DNA from: an uncultured Rhizobiaceae bacterium
GTDB taxonomy: Bacteria > Pseudomonadota > Alphaproteobacteria > Rickettsiales > UBA1997
Length of the DNA: 50,123 bases
Direction of reading: 5' to 3'
NCBI GenBank assembly: GCA_964484785.1
Contig: CAZAFD010000002.1
Location: 1 to 50,123 of the forward strand
Positions 29,727 through 38,565 of this stretch are shown piece by piece. The position numbers and the translations under genes were made by a program. Every line of letters begins with the position of its first letter. The stretch's first letter is position 1. The notes beneath the pieces are model-generated. The model was not told the origin of the DNA. It saw nothing but the letters and a program-made list of their open reading frames with translations, and searched no databases.

Positions 29727-30920
29727 TTAAACTTTCAACTTTTCAACAGCTGGTAACTCTCCTTTTTCTAACCATTTTAAAAAAGCTCCACCAGCAGTAG
29801 AAACATATGTAAAATCAGATACAACCTTGGCTCCATTTAAGGCGGCTAAAATATCTCCACCACCAGCCACAGATTTTATCTTAGAAGCTTGGGTCATTTT
29901 ACCTATAACTCTTGCGAGATCATTTGTACCTTGGTCAAATGGTTTTATTTCGTAAATACCAATTGGACCATTCCAGATAACAACTTTGCATCTGTTAAGT
30001 TTATCTTGTATTTGTTGAATTGTCTTATCTCCAACATCTACTATTATATCATCGTCCTTAACAGACTTTAAATCCACAACACGTCTTGGTTGGTTTTCCG
30101 CTATTTCTTTGGTAACAGCAACATCTACAGGTAGAATAACTTCACAATTATTTTGTTTAGCTTCATCTAATAAAGCTAAAGCCTCTCCTGTTAGGTCATC
30201 TTCTCTCAAAGACTTACCAACCATATATCCATTAGCTAACAAGAAGGTATTTGCCATGGCACCGCCAACCACAACATAATCAACCTTAGAAACCAAGGCT
30301 TTTAATAAACTCAATTTAGTAGAAATCTTGGAACCACCAACTATAACCATTACAGGTCTTTCTGGTTTTGAAACCAAGTTTGTTAAATTATCCAATTCTT
30401 CCTCAAGAGTAAAACCAGCATATGCAGGCAACAACTTTGGCATACCCACCATGGAAGCATGTTTTCTATGGCATGTAGAAAAGGCATCATTAACGTATAT
30501 ATCAGCTAGACTGGATAATTCCTTGGCAAAATTTTCATCATTCCCCTCTTCCCCTGCATGAAATCTTAAATTTTCCAATAAGATTACTTCTCCAAAATTT
30601 GTCTGGGCTATATCCTTCTTGGTTTGTTCACCTATACAATCTGACGAATAATGAAACTTTACCTTTGGCAAAAGTTCCTTAAGTCTTTCTAAAACTATTT
30701 TTAAAGAAAACTCTTCTTGAAATCCTTGACCAGCAGCCTTACCTAAATGACTTGCTAGTACAACTTTGGCGTTATTCTTAACTAAAAACTCTATAGTAGG
30801 TATAGTAGCTTTTACTCTAGTATCATCAATAATCTTTCCGTTTTTTATAGAAACATTCATATCAGCTCTCAAAAAAACGACTTTTTTATTAACATTACAG
30901 TCCCTGATTTTTTTAAACAT
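29727..30920 (-). CDS. pgk: Phosphoglycerate kinase
   Basis: 397 aa, with ...VFLRADMNV..., ...LENLRFHAGEE... and ...STAGGAFLKWLEGK-like motifs. Full-length PGK layout. Confidence 0.96.
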   Translation of the reverse strand: MFKKIRDCNVNKKVVFLRADMNVSIKNGKIIDDTRVKATIPTIEFLVKNNAKVVLASHLGKAAGQGFQEEFSLKIVLERLKELLPKVKFHYSSDCIGEQTKKDIAQTNFGEVILLENLRFHAGEEGNDENFAKELSSLADIYVNDAFSTCHRKHASMVGMPKLLPAYAGFTLEEELDNLTNLVSKPERPVMVIVGGSKISTKLSLLKALVSKVDYVVVGGAMANTFLLANGYMVGKSLREDDLTGEALALLDEAKQNNCEVILPVDVAVTKEIAENQPRRVVDLKSVKDDDIIVDVGDKTIQQIQDKLNRCKVVIWNGPIGIYEIKPFDQGTNDLARVIGKMTQASKIKSVAGGGDILAALNGAKVVSDFTYVSTAGGAFLKWLEKGELPAVEKLKV

Positions 30921-30995
30921 GTTTGTAGTATTTGTTAATTATGATATTAAAGTCTTTCTAGTAGGTTAGAATAAGAAAATTGATTTGCAAGCTAC

Positions 30996-31691
30996 TTACA
31001 TTAAGATCTCTGTAATTTTTCTATTATTTATAGTAATTTTTCTATCAAACGAATCACACAAGTCTTGGTTGTGTGTTACCATTAACAAACTTAGATTATA
31101 GCGCTTCACTAAAAGTGATAATATATTTAGAATTTTTATACCATTATCCTTGTCCAAATTACCAGTAGGTTCATCAGCTAGAATCAAATCTGGCTTAGCG
31201 ATTATGGCACGAGCAATAGCTACTCTTTGTTTCTCTCCACCAGACAAGGCATATGGTTTAACATCTATTTTATCACCTAACCCCATCTCTTCTAATTGCT
31301 TTTTAGCAAGTATATAAGCCTTGTCTCTAGAAAGGTTTTGTATAAGTAATGGCATCATTACATTTTCTAAGGAAGTAAAGTCTGTAAATAAGTGGTGTGC
31401 TTGGTATACAAAACCTAAATTAAGCCGTCGAATTTTTGTCCTTTCCTTGTCATTTAGCTGACTAGTTGGGACACCATTAATAATAACTTCCCCGGAATCT
31501 GGTTTATCTAGTAAACCACATATCTGTAATAAAGTACTTTTACCAGAACCAGATGGGCCAATAAAAGACACAAGTTCGCCCTTTTTTATAGAAAAACACG
31601 AATTCTCTAAAACAACCAATTTATTGCCACTTGGTTCTATATAGGTTTTTGTAATATTTTTACACTCTAATACTACTGTACTGGATCCCAT
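30996..31691 (-). CDS. ABC transporter ATP-binding protein (LolD/MacB-type ATPase, stand-alone)
   Basis: 231 aa, with Walker [10 protein letters not shown], signature [14 protein letters not shown] and Walker [13 protein letters not shown]. The start overlaps the ferredoxin gene's stop by 19 nt. Confidence 0.88.
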   Translation of the reverse strand: MGSSTVVLECKNITKTYIEPSGNKLVVLENSCFSIKKGELVSFIGPSGSGKSTLLQICGLLDKPDSGEVIINGVPTSQLNDKERTKIRRLNLGFVYQAHHLFTDFTSLENVMMPLLIQNLSRDKAYILAKKQLEEMGLGDKIDVKPYALSGGEKQRVAIARAIIAKPDLILADEPTGNLDKDNGIKILNILSLLVKRYNLSLLMVTHNQDLCDSFDRKITINNRKITEILM

Positions 31692-31915
31692 TCTTTAGCA
31701 TTAGCTCTATTAAACTCAATATCTTTTTCATTAGCCTCGGCATCTGTTAAGATATCACCGTTATCTACAATAACTTGACACACTCCACAATCTATACACT
31801 CATTCGGATCTATAACAAATTCACCTTGTAAGCTTTTTCTAAAACAGTTAACCGGACAAGTCATGCCGGCTTCCTCGAGATTTGGACCTTTTTTATTAAC
31901 AACTACTCTTGGCAT
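31673..31915 (-). CDS. Ferredoxin, FdxA-like but retaining only one Cys cluster
   Basis: 80 aa, with ...TCPVNCF...IDPNECIDCGVCQ... It is colinear with 7Fe ferredoxin FdxA, but the N-terminal CxxCxxxxC region and the final C-P are replaced. Confidence 0.7.
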   Translation of the reverse strand: MPRVVVNKKGPNLEEAGMTCPVNCFRKSLQGEFVIDPNECIDCGVCQVIVDNGDILTDAEANEKDIEFNRANAKEWDPVQ

Positions 31916-31964
31916 TATTATTTATTTTTATTGTTATTAGTTATATAAAGTTTTATTACTTATC

Positions 31965-32774
31965 CTATTTAAGTTTTACAGTTACGGGCATACCCTGTTT
32001 TAAATAGTCATCAGCATCTTCAACAACAATACGAAGTCTGTATACTAGATCTGTCCTTAAAGAACTAGTTTCTATATTTTTTGGAGTAAATTCAGCTACT
32101 GGCGAGATAAAACCAATTTTACCTTTATATGTCTTATCTGTAGAATCTGTAAGTATTGTTACCTTATCACCTAGTTTAATCTTACCCAATTGCGTTTCCT
32201 GTATATATGTTCTAACCCACATTGATTCATTTAAGGACAAAGTATAAACGGGCGTACCAGAACCAATAATCGCACCAATTTCTTGTATTTTCGTAAGTAC
32301 TACACCATTGCTTGGCGCTATAAGTCTACTGTCGTTTAATGTAGTATTAGCCTGATCCAAGCCAGCTTTTGCAAAATCTAGATTCGCTTTAGCAGCTTTC
32401 TTTTTTAGAGATAAATTATCACACTCTTGTTTAGCTATTAACTTACGTTGGCAAAGCTCAAGGTTTCTATTATAAAGTAGGTTTGCATTATCATAAGTAA
32501 CCTCGGCCTGAGCTAATTGAGCCTTAGCTTGATTTAGCTGATTTACATATACTTCATCATCAAGTATAGCCAAAAGGTCACCTTTTTTAATTATATCTCC
32601 TTCATCAGCCTTCATTTCCTTAAGCTTACCAGCAATTCTAAAGCCAAGATTAACTTGTCTAATATCTACATTTCCATATAAAATAGACTTATGCTTGTCT
32701 TTGCTCTTAGCAAATAAAAAAGCTCCAATTGTAACTAAAACTATGATTATTCCAAATAATGTTTTTTTGTTCAT
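31965..32774 (-). CDS. HlyD-family membrane fusion protein (YbhG-like)
   Basis: 269 aa. It has an N-terminal anchor, then GNVDIRQVNLGFRIAGKL..., ...SRLIAPSNGVV... and ...ISPVAEFTPKNIETSSLRTDLVYRLRIVVEDADDYLKQGMPVTV. From memory this is very close to E. coli YbhG. Confidence 0.85.
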   Translation of the reverse strand: MNKKTLFGIIIVLVTIGAFLFAKSKDKHKSILYGNVDIRQVNLGFRIAGKLKEMKADEGDIIKKGDLLAILDDEVYVNQLNQAKAQLAQAEVTYDNANLLYNRNLELCQRKLIAKQECDNLSLKKKAAKANLDFAKAGLDQANTTLNDSRLIAPSNGVVLTKIQEIGAIIGSGTPVYTLSLNESMWVRTYIQETQLGKIKLGDKVTILTDSTDKTYKGKIGFISPVAEFTPKNIETSSLRTDLVYRLRIVVEDADDYLKQGMPVTVKLK

Positions 32775-32782
32775 TTTAATAC

Positions 32783-34138
32783 CTAATTTAAATTAGTGCC
32801 TGTTGCTTTATACAATACAATAACATCCATAATCATTTGCATATTTGATGCAATGCACTTGATTTTATAGTCAATTACTTTTTGTCGAAGTTCTTTCAAT
32901 TCAACAAAAGAAATTAATCCATTTTTATATCTTACCTCGTTACTATTATAGTTCTCTAATTCTCTGGTATATCCATCAAGAGTATTTCTATATATTTTGT
33001 AATCGAGATCAATGGCATTTAAAACATCATTAATCTCTTTTATAGCATTTAAACTTGTTTTTTTATACGATTCTACTATTTGCTCATATTTGTTTTTTAT
33101 AATCTCTAAATTTATTTTCTTTCTACCACCAACAAACAAATCTTGACCAACGTTTAGTATTAGCTGAGTAATTGCATTACTAATATTAAAAAAACCAGAC
33201 CTATAATTATTAAAAATTAAACCACCCTGAAGATTTATACTTGGCAAAAACTCCTTTCTGGCTACATCAATATTTATTTCTGCCTCTTCCAAGGCTTTTT
33301 CTATAGCTAGAACATCTGGTCTAGAAAAGATCGCGTCTGATTTTAGATTTAAAGGCCTTTCAAATTGTGGATTCCAATAATCATATTTATTTCTTTCAAG
33401 ACTCAAAGCATTATCCGGGTCTCTACCTAAAAGCACAGAAAGTTGGGTTAAAATATACAATCTATCTCTTTTGGTTTCGAGTAAATTATTTTCTAATTCT
33501 CTCAATTTTATATAATCAGCATTGATATCTACTTCTGAAAGTAAATTGTGTTTGTGTTTATCATATTTGATCTCGATAATATCTCTGTTGATTGCAATTA
33601 GTTCCTCTAGGAGCTCTATAATCTTATCTAGTTTAACTGCATTAAAATACAAACTACTAACATCTGAAACCAGACTAATGTAAATATTAGTCGTTTCAAA
33701 TTCTAAACTTTCTAGATGTTTTTTTAGGGCTTTTGTTTTATTTCTTTTTTTTGCAAACAGATCAAGTTCATAACTTACCGTAATAGGTAAGGTCATTGTA
33801 TTCTTTTTTAAAACAAGAGGATTGTTGTGGTTTTTTTGCGCCTCAAGACCAAGATGAATACTTGGTAGCTCGCTACCAAAAGACATTTTTACACTCTTTC
33901 TAAATTCATCTATTCGTAAGCCAGCAAGTTTTAAATCACTATTATTTTTTAAAGCTTCTAAAATATATACGTTTAAAATAGGATCATTAAATCGAAACCA
34001 CCATGTATAATTTATACGGTTTAATTTATCTTCTAAATCATCAAGTTTATTTACTTGTTTAGCTTTAGCACTAAGACACGGACTTGCTTGAAATATAAAT
34101 ACAAAAAATACTATAGCATTAATTAAATAATTTTTCAT
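32783..34138 (-). CDS. Outer-membrane efflux protein (TolC/OprM family)
   Basis: 451 aa. It has a signal peptide and two repeated coiled-coil/beta halves typical of outer-membrane factor proteins. It sits directly upstream of the membrane fusion gene. Confidence 0.75.
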   Translation of the reverse strand: MKNYLINAIVFFVFIFQASPCLSAKAKQVNKLDDLEDKLNRINYTWWFRFNDPILNVYILEALKNNSDLKLAGLRIDEFRKSVKMSFGSELPSIHLGLEAQKNHNNPLVLKKNTMTLPITVSYELDLFAKKRNKTKALKKHLESLEFETTNIYISLVSDVSSLYFNAVKLDKIIELLEELIAINRDIIEIKYDKHKHNLLSEVDINADYIKLRELENNLLETKRDRLYILTQLSVLLGRDPDNALSLERNKYDYWNPQFERPLNLKSDAIFSRPDVLAIEKALEEAEINIDVARKEFLPSINLQGGLIFNNYRSGFFNISNAITQLILNVGQDLFVGGRKKINLEIIKNKYEQIVESYKKTSLNAIKEINDVLNAIDLDYKIYRNTLDGYTRELENYNSNEVRYKNGLISFVELKELRQKVIDYKIKCIASNMQMIMDVIVLYKATGTNLN

Positions 34139-34295
34139 TGCTAATACAAAATTAATATAACAATACCGTTTTACTTACTGTACATTTAGTTTTTATAAAT
34201 TCAATATTTTGTGTACTATCTAAAAGTATATGGTTTTATTGTATAATAATTAAACAGGTGTTTAAAAGATCCTTTATATCAGAATTCTATATAGA

Positions 34296-34324
34296 TTGAC
34301 AATTTTTTGTTGGTAGTTTTTAAT
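34296..34324 (+). promoter_or_regulatory. Candidate sigma70-type promoter for the cupin gene
   Basis: TTGACA (34296-34301), a 17-nt spacer, then TTTAAT (34319-34324), about 30 nt upstream of the ATG at 34357. Confidence 0.4.
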
Positions 34325-34356
34325 TTAAAGTACGCAATACAATATAATTTAAGAAG

Positions 34357-34797
34357 ATGAAAGAAATAATAGTTAAAAACTATAAAGACAGAGAAGGTCA
34401 AAATTATTCAGGAACAAACAACTACTTTAAAGTAAAACCAATTATAAAAGATACAGATAAATGTTCGGCAAATTTCGTTGAAGTTGATCCAGGATGTCAC
34501 GCATATTCTTATCACTATCACGAAGAAAACGAGGAAATATTTTATATTATCAGCGGAAAAGCACGTGTTAAGGCTGTTGATAAGGAAATAGATTTAGAGG
34601 AAGGAGATGTAATATGTTTCCCAAGAGGGAAGGCTGGAGCACATGTTATATACAACCTATCTAAAACGGAAAAGTTAATTTATTTGGATGTTGGTAGTGC
34701 AAACAAACCCGACATTATTCACTTCCGAGAAAATGGCGCCGGTATGGTTATTACAAAAGAAAAGGTATATAATTTTAAAGATTCGGAAGATATCTAA
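34357..34797 (+). CDS. Cupin-domain protein
   Basis: 146 aa. Cupin motif 1 is HYHEENEEIFYIISGKARV and motif 2 is GDVICFPRGKAGAHVIYN. Confidence 0.75.
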   Translation: MKEIIVKNYKDREGQNYSGTNNYFKVKPIIKDTDKCSANFVEVDPGCHAYSYHYHEENEEIFYIISGKARVKAVDKEIDLEEGDVICFPRGKAGAHVIYNLSKTEKLIYLDVGSANKPDIIHFRENGAGMVITKEKVYNFKDSEDI

Positions 34798-34806
34798 AGA
34801 ATTTTA

Positions 34807-35886
34807 TTATAATCGCCACCAGTGGTTTGCTGTAAAGTCTTTGACTAAATCCAATCTTTCTCCAAGGTGTGGTGTAATAAGGTGTAGACTTGTGTCCCTA
34901 AGAGATTCTTCCAAAATATCAATGGATTCTGTCCATTTATGATAACCAAGATCATAAGCTCCCTAATGTACTGGTAGGATCTTTTTTGTTTTTAAGTCTT
35001 CAGCGAGATTTTTAACCTGTTCAGGAAACATATGTATACTAGCCCATCTTGGATTCCAGGCATCTATTTCTACAGCTAAAAGATCAAAAGGCCCATATTT
35101 TTGTCCAATCTCCTTATGATGTGTACCATAACCACCATCTCCTGTCCAAAATATTTTATAATCATTACTTTGTATTACGTAGGAATTCCATAATGTTAAA
35201 TCACTATCACCAAAACCCCTCCCAGAAAAGTGTATTGCTGGAGTGGCTATAATTTTAATACTACCATCTTCAAAGGAATCATGCCAACCAAGTTCATGGA
35301 TATTACTTTCTGGAACCCCCCAAGCAAGTAAAGTAGCCTTTAAACCAAGAGGAACTATAAAATTAGTATTTTTTAGGTATTTTATTGTTTTATATTCTAG
35401 ATGATCATAGTGATTGTGCGTTATAACAATATAATCAAAATATGGTAAATCTTTTCTTTTAATTGGAGCTTTTTGAAATCTTCTTACAGTAAATGGTATA
35501 GGCGAGGCATTGTTTAAAACTAGATCAATACCTATACGCTTATTTTTTAATTCTAGTATTGAAGAAGAGTGACCCAACCAATAAAAGATTTTATCTTTTG
35601 GTTTGGTTAAAAAATCCTTTTTAATAAGGTCATATTGCTTGATTTTTCTTATTGGTTTATTTGGTGAACCCAATAATAATTTTAAAAAACTAAAATCTTT
35701 TTGAGTTTTGATGTATGGAACATGAGTATAAATATTAACAAATTTTCCATCTTTAAAATAAGGTAATTTAGTAAAAGATGTTAAATCTTTGTCGCTTGGG
35801 CTCTTGCCTATGTTCTTGAACACAAAATAAATACAGCAACCACAGATTGTACACAAAATTACTAAAAAAACTATAAGCTTACACAT
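34807..35886 (-). pseudogene. NAPE-PLD-like metallo-beta-lactamase-fold hydrolase, interrupted by an in-frame TAG
   Basis: The ORF 34963-35886 (307 aa; N-terminal anchor; VITHNHYDH metal motif) stops at TAG (34963-34965) right after ...ILPVH. The same frame continues for 51 more codons to TAA at 34807-34809: GAYDLGYHKWTESIDILEESLRDTSLHLITPHLGERLDLVKDFTANHWWRL. That continuation matches the expected family C-terminus (..P[IV]HWG[TA][FY].L....). Confidence 0.7.
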
Positions 35887-35957
35887 CCTATCTAAATTAG
35901 CCTTTTAAAACAACTGCTTGCTAGCGGTTTTATTAAAAATGTAATAAATACAAAAAT

Positions 35958-35983
35958 AAATAAAGACCTTTCGGTCTTTATTT
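35958..35983 (-). terminator. Rho-independent terminator after the pilin-like gene
   Basis: aaataaagacc-tttc-ggtctttattt has an 11-bp stem. On the minus strand it is followed by a T-rich run (atttttgtattt). It lies 23 nt downstream of the stop at 36006. Confidence 0.7.
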
Positions 35984-36005
35984 AAGCAAATAAAAAATTA
36001 ATTTT

Positions 36006-36632
36006 TTATTGTAATATATCTCTAATTACAACTCTCATGATAACTGAAGTGCCACTAGATAGATTTTCAGATGTGGTATCGCAGTCTGTATCTCCGGTGT
36101 CACATGTCTGCTGCATAAGCCCTTTAAGCTTGCTAGTAGTAGTAGCACAATAAATCTCCATAGTACCAGCTTCTGAATACTTACCGGCAAATTGACTACA
36201 TATAGCATAATCCAAAGCAGGAGTAGTCTTACTAGAAGCAGACGCAAGATCAAAAGCCATAACACTACTGTCCCCTACATAATACCATGCATTACCTGTT
36301 ACCTTAGAGGTTAAACCAGCTTCAACATTATCATCTGCTGTCAAAGAACCTTCTAGATAACCACTATTAGACAAGTGATACATAGAAATCTTTTCATTTT
36401 TTAATTTATCTGCTGTCGCTGCTGCCGTATAATCCGAAATGTCATAGGTATCCGTGTAATTTCTTGTAGCAATCTTAATAGTTTCTAGTTCGCTCTTTAT
36501 AACCGCTAATTTAGCACTATTAATTAAAGCTTTACCACTTATAACTGCTGCTATAAGAAGACCTATAATAATTAAAACTATAGAAAGCTCTACTAATGAA
36601 AAACCTTTATTTGCCCTTTTTTGTAGTTTCAT
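36006..36632 (-). CDS. Type IV pilin / T2SS pseudopilin-like protein (prepilin-type N-terminus)
   Basis: 208 aa. The sequence MKLQKRANKG|FSLVELSIVLIIIGLLIAAVISG is a class III signal peptide with G-1, F+1 and E+5. The C-terminal region has Cys pairs (CATTTSKLKGLMQQTCDTGDTDC). Confidence 0.8.
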   Translation of the reverse strand: MKLQKRANKGFSLVELSIVLIIIGLLIAAVISGKALINSAKLAVIKSELETIKIATRNYTDTYDISDYTAAATADKLKNEKISMYHLSNSGYLEGSLTADDNVEAGLTSKVTGNAWYYVGDSSVMAFDLASASSKTTPALDYAICSQFAGKYSEAGTMEIYCATTTSKLKGLMQQTCDTGDTDCDTTSENLSSGTSVIMRVVIRDILQ

Positions 36633-36706
36633 TTTAAAATGAAATTAATTTAACTTGAGAAGGATGGTATATATGGTTTTTAAAAAAGCAACATAAAAAG
36701 ATCGCA

Positions 36707-37564
36707 TTAAATCAACATTTTTACCACAAATAAAATACCTTCTTGTATTTTAGCTAAACAAACCACCTTCTGATTATATCTGGTTTGATATATGCCATTG
36801 GCTTTACTTTTATATATATGAATACCATTTTTAACTTTATTAAACTCGACTTCATTTAGTTCTACAGCTTCAAGCTGTAGTATCTGTTCTAGAGAATATA
36901 TTTTTTCTGCAACATCTATTTCATGAAAATCTTCCAAAGATATTGCATCTTCAACAGTAAATATACCCAGCTTTGTACGCTCTAATTTTGTAACAAAACC
37001 TAAAGTATTTAATTTAAGGGCCAGATCTTCTGCTAAACTTCTAATATAACAGCCTCTGCCACATATAACGGTAAATCTAGCCGTATTATTATTAATAAAA
37101 CCATTATAATTTATAGATTCTATAACAATGCTTCTTGGTTTCATATCTGGATTAAACCCCTGACGCATCAAATCACATGCTCTTTTTCCATTAATTTTTA
37201 AGGCCGAATATTTCGGTGGTGTCTGTTGGATTGTTCCAATAAAATACGGTAGTGCTTCTAGGATTGTATTTTGATCTGGTATTGTATTGCTTTCCGCAAT
37301 AATTCGTCCATCTTTATCCCCGGTGTCTGTTTGTTGTCCAAAACTTAAGTCAAATACGTATGTTTTTTTATGATCCATAACGTATTCAACTGTCTTGGTT
37401 GCTTTATTCAAGCAAATTGGCAGCACTCCAGAAGCAAAAGGATCTAGGGTGCCTCCATGGCCTATTTTGTGTGGATGCAGTATATGTTTAAGTTTAGATA
37501 CAACGTTATTTGAAGTAATACCAGCTGGTTTATAGACGTTTAACCAGCCATTAATTTCCATCAT
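36707..37564 (-). CDS. truB: tRNA pseudouridine(55) synthase
   Basis: 285 aa, with GWLNVYKPAGITS and the catalytic motif HGGTLDPFASG. It overlaps the rbfA stop by 14 nt. Confidence 0.93.
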   Translation of the reverse strand: MMEINGWLNVYKPAGITSNNVVSKLKHILHPHKIGHGGTLDPFASGVLPICLNKATKTVEYVMDHKKTYVFDLSFGQQTDTGDKDGRIIAESNTIPDQNTILEALPYFIGTIQQTPPKYSALKINGKRACDLMRQGFNPDMKPRSIVIESINYNGFINNNTARFTVICGRGCYIRSLAEDLALKLNTLGFVTKLERTKLGIFTVEDAISLEDFHEIDVAEKIYSLEQILQLEAVELNEVEFNKVKNGIHIYKSKANGIYQTRYNQKVVCLAKIQEGILFVVKMLI

Positions 37565-37970
37565 TAAACTCTAATTTTTTAATTTCTTGATCAATAATTT
37601 TATTAACTCTTTCTGCTTTTTCATTAAAAATGTCAAGATAAAACCTTATTTCTGGAATGTATCTTAGCTTCATATTTTGCGCAATAAGATTTTTAATTTG
37701 TTTAATAAAACCTATAGAATTAAATTCTTTTAGTAGTTCTGTTTTTTTAGTCTCGCTAACTCCAAAAGAATCTAATAAAATCTTAGCATTTTTAAAATCT
37801 TTACTTAAATCCACAGTTAAAACATTAACAAAAACAGGTTTGTTTTTTAAGGTAAAACTACTTTTAGAAAAAATTTCATTTAAGACTCTTTGAATTTTTT
37901 TTTCTGTCATAATCCATAAATTAGACTTACTATCTTTTTTGACTAAATTTATCTTGTTTTGTTTTTTCAT
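37551..37970 (-). CDS. rbfA: Ribosome-binding factor A
   Basis: 139 aa with an RbfA-like core (RVLNEIFSK..., LRYIPEIRF). It occupies the canonical position upstream of truB. Confidence 0.8.
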   Translation of the reverse strand: MKKQNKINLVKKDSKSNLWIMTEKKIQRVLNEIFSKSSFTLKNKPVFVNVLTVDLSKDFKNAKILLDSFGVSETKKTELLKEFNSIGFIKQIKNLIAQNMKLRYIPEIRFYLDIFNEKAERVNKIIDQEIKKLEFNDGN

Positions 37971-37973
37971 AAT

Positions 37974-38558
37974 TCAAACCTTGATTTTATAGTATTTACT
38001 GTTTGATTCAATAAAATCAGCTATTTGATGAATTTTAAGTTTGGACTTTATGTTATATATTATTGTATCTACCGCCCTACTTTCATCATAACCACATAGT
38101 TGTTTTAGCAACAAATTCTTATCAACTTGATCATTGTTAAACAAAATCTCTAAAACCTTACATTCTTTTTCTGTTAGGTTTAGTGTTGTAGTATTATCAA
38201 TAACTAAGCATTCTTTGTTTAAATTTAAAACCAAGTTACCTTTAGACAAAACAAACTTATTACAATACTCAATATAAGTGTTTATATGGCTTTTTAAGGT
38301 GTTTAATTTAAAAGGGGGTTTTAAATTTATAACTTCATCAACTTGATAATTGGCAATATTTATTGTTAGAGTACAAATTTTGTTTATTTTATCTATAACC
38401 TTATTCAATTCATTTTTTTGAACTTGATCAAAAATAAATATGTTAAAACCATTAAGTAAAAAGTCTTCTATTTTATCTATTACAACAACTTCTTGGTTGG
38501 TCTCTTGGTTTAGAAAACTAGCTAAAAAGTTATCTTGAGACACGAGAAGACTTTTCAT
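37974..38558 (-). CDS. OmpR/PhoB-type winged-helix regulator with an atypical receiver-like N-terminus
   Basis: 194 aa. The C-terminal LNLTEKECKVLEILFNNDQVDKNLLLKQLCGYDESRAVDTIIYNIKSKL fits the trans_reg_C pattern. The N-terminal half keeps a possible acceptor Asp (IFIFDQ) and KPPF, but the acidic pocket is degenerate (LLVSQDN). No kinase gene is nearby. Confidence 0.55.
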   Translation of the reverse strand: MKSLLVSQDNFLASFLNQETNQEVVVIDKIEDFLLNGFNIFIFDQVQKNELNKVIDKINKICTLTINIANYQVDEVINLKPPFKLNTLKSHINTYIEYCNKFVLSKGNLVLNLNKECLVIDNTTTLNLTEKECKVLEILFNNDQVDKNLLLKQLCGYDESRAVDTIIYNIKSKLKIHQIADFIESNSKYYKIKV

Positions 38559-38565
38559 AAAAACT

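Noticed and set aside
34688-34942. 84-aa plus-strand ORF overlapping the cupin 3' end
   Set aside because: It is antisense to the family-like C-terminal continuation of the MBL hydrolase (34807-34962), which explains the open frame. It has no motif of its own.
34963-34965. Possibility that TAG is reassigned or programmatically read through
   Set aside because: TAG serves as the genuine terminator of other well-delimited genes here (rpoZ at 14806-14808, the 4159-4854 gene, and ferredoxin at 31673-31675). Code reassignment is therefore unlikely, and a point mutation or sequencing error is the simpler explanation.
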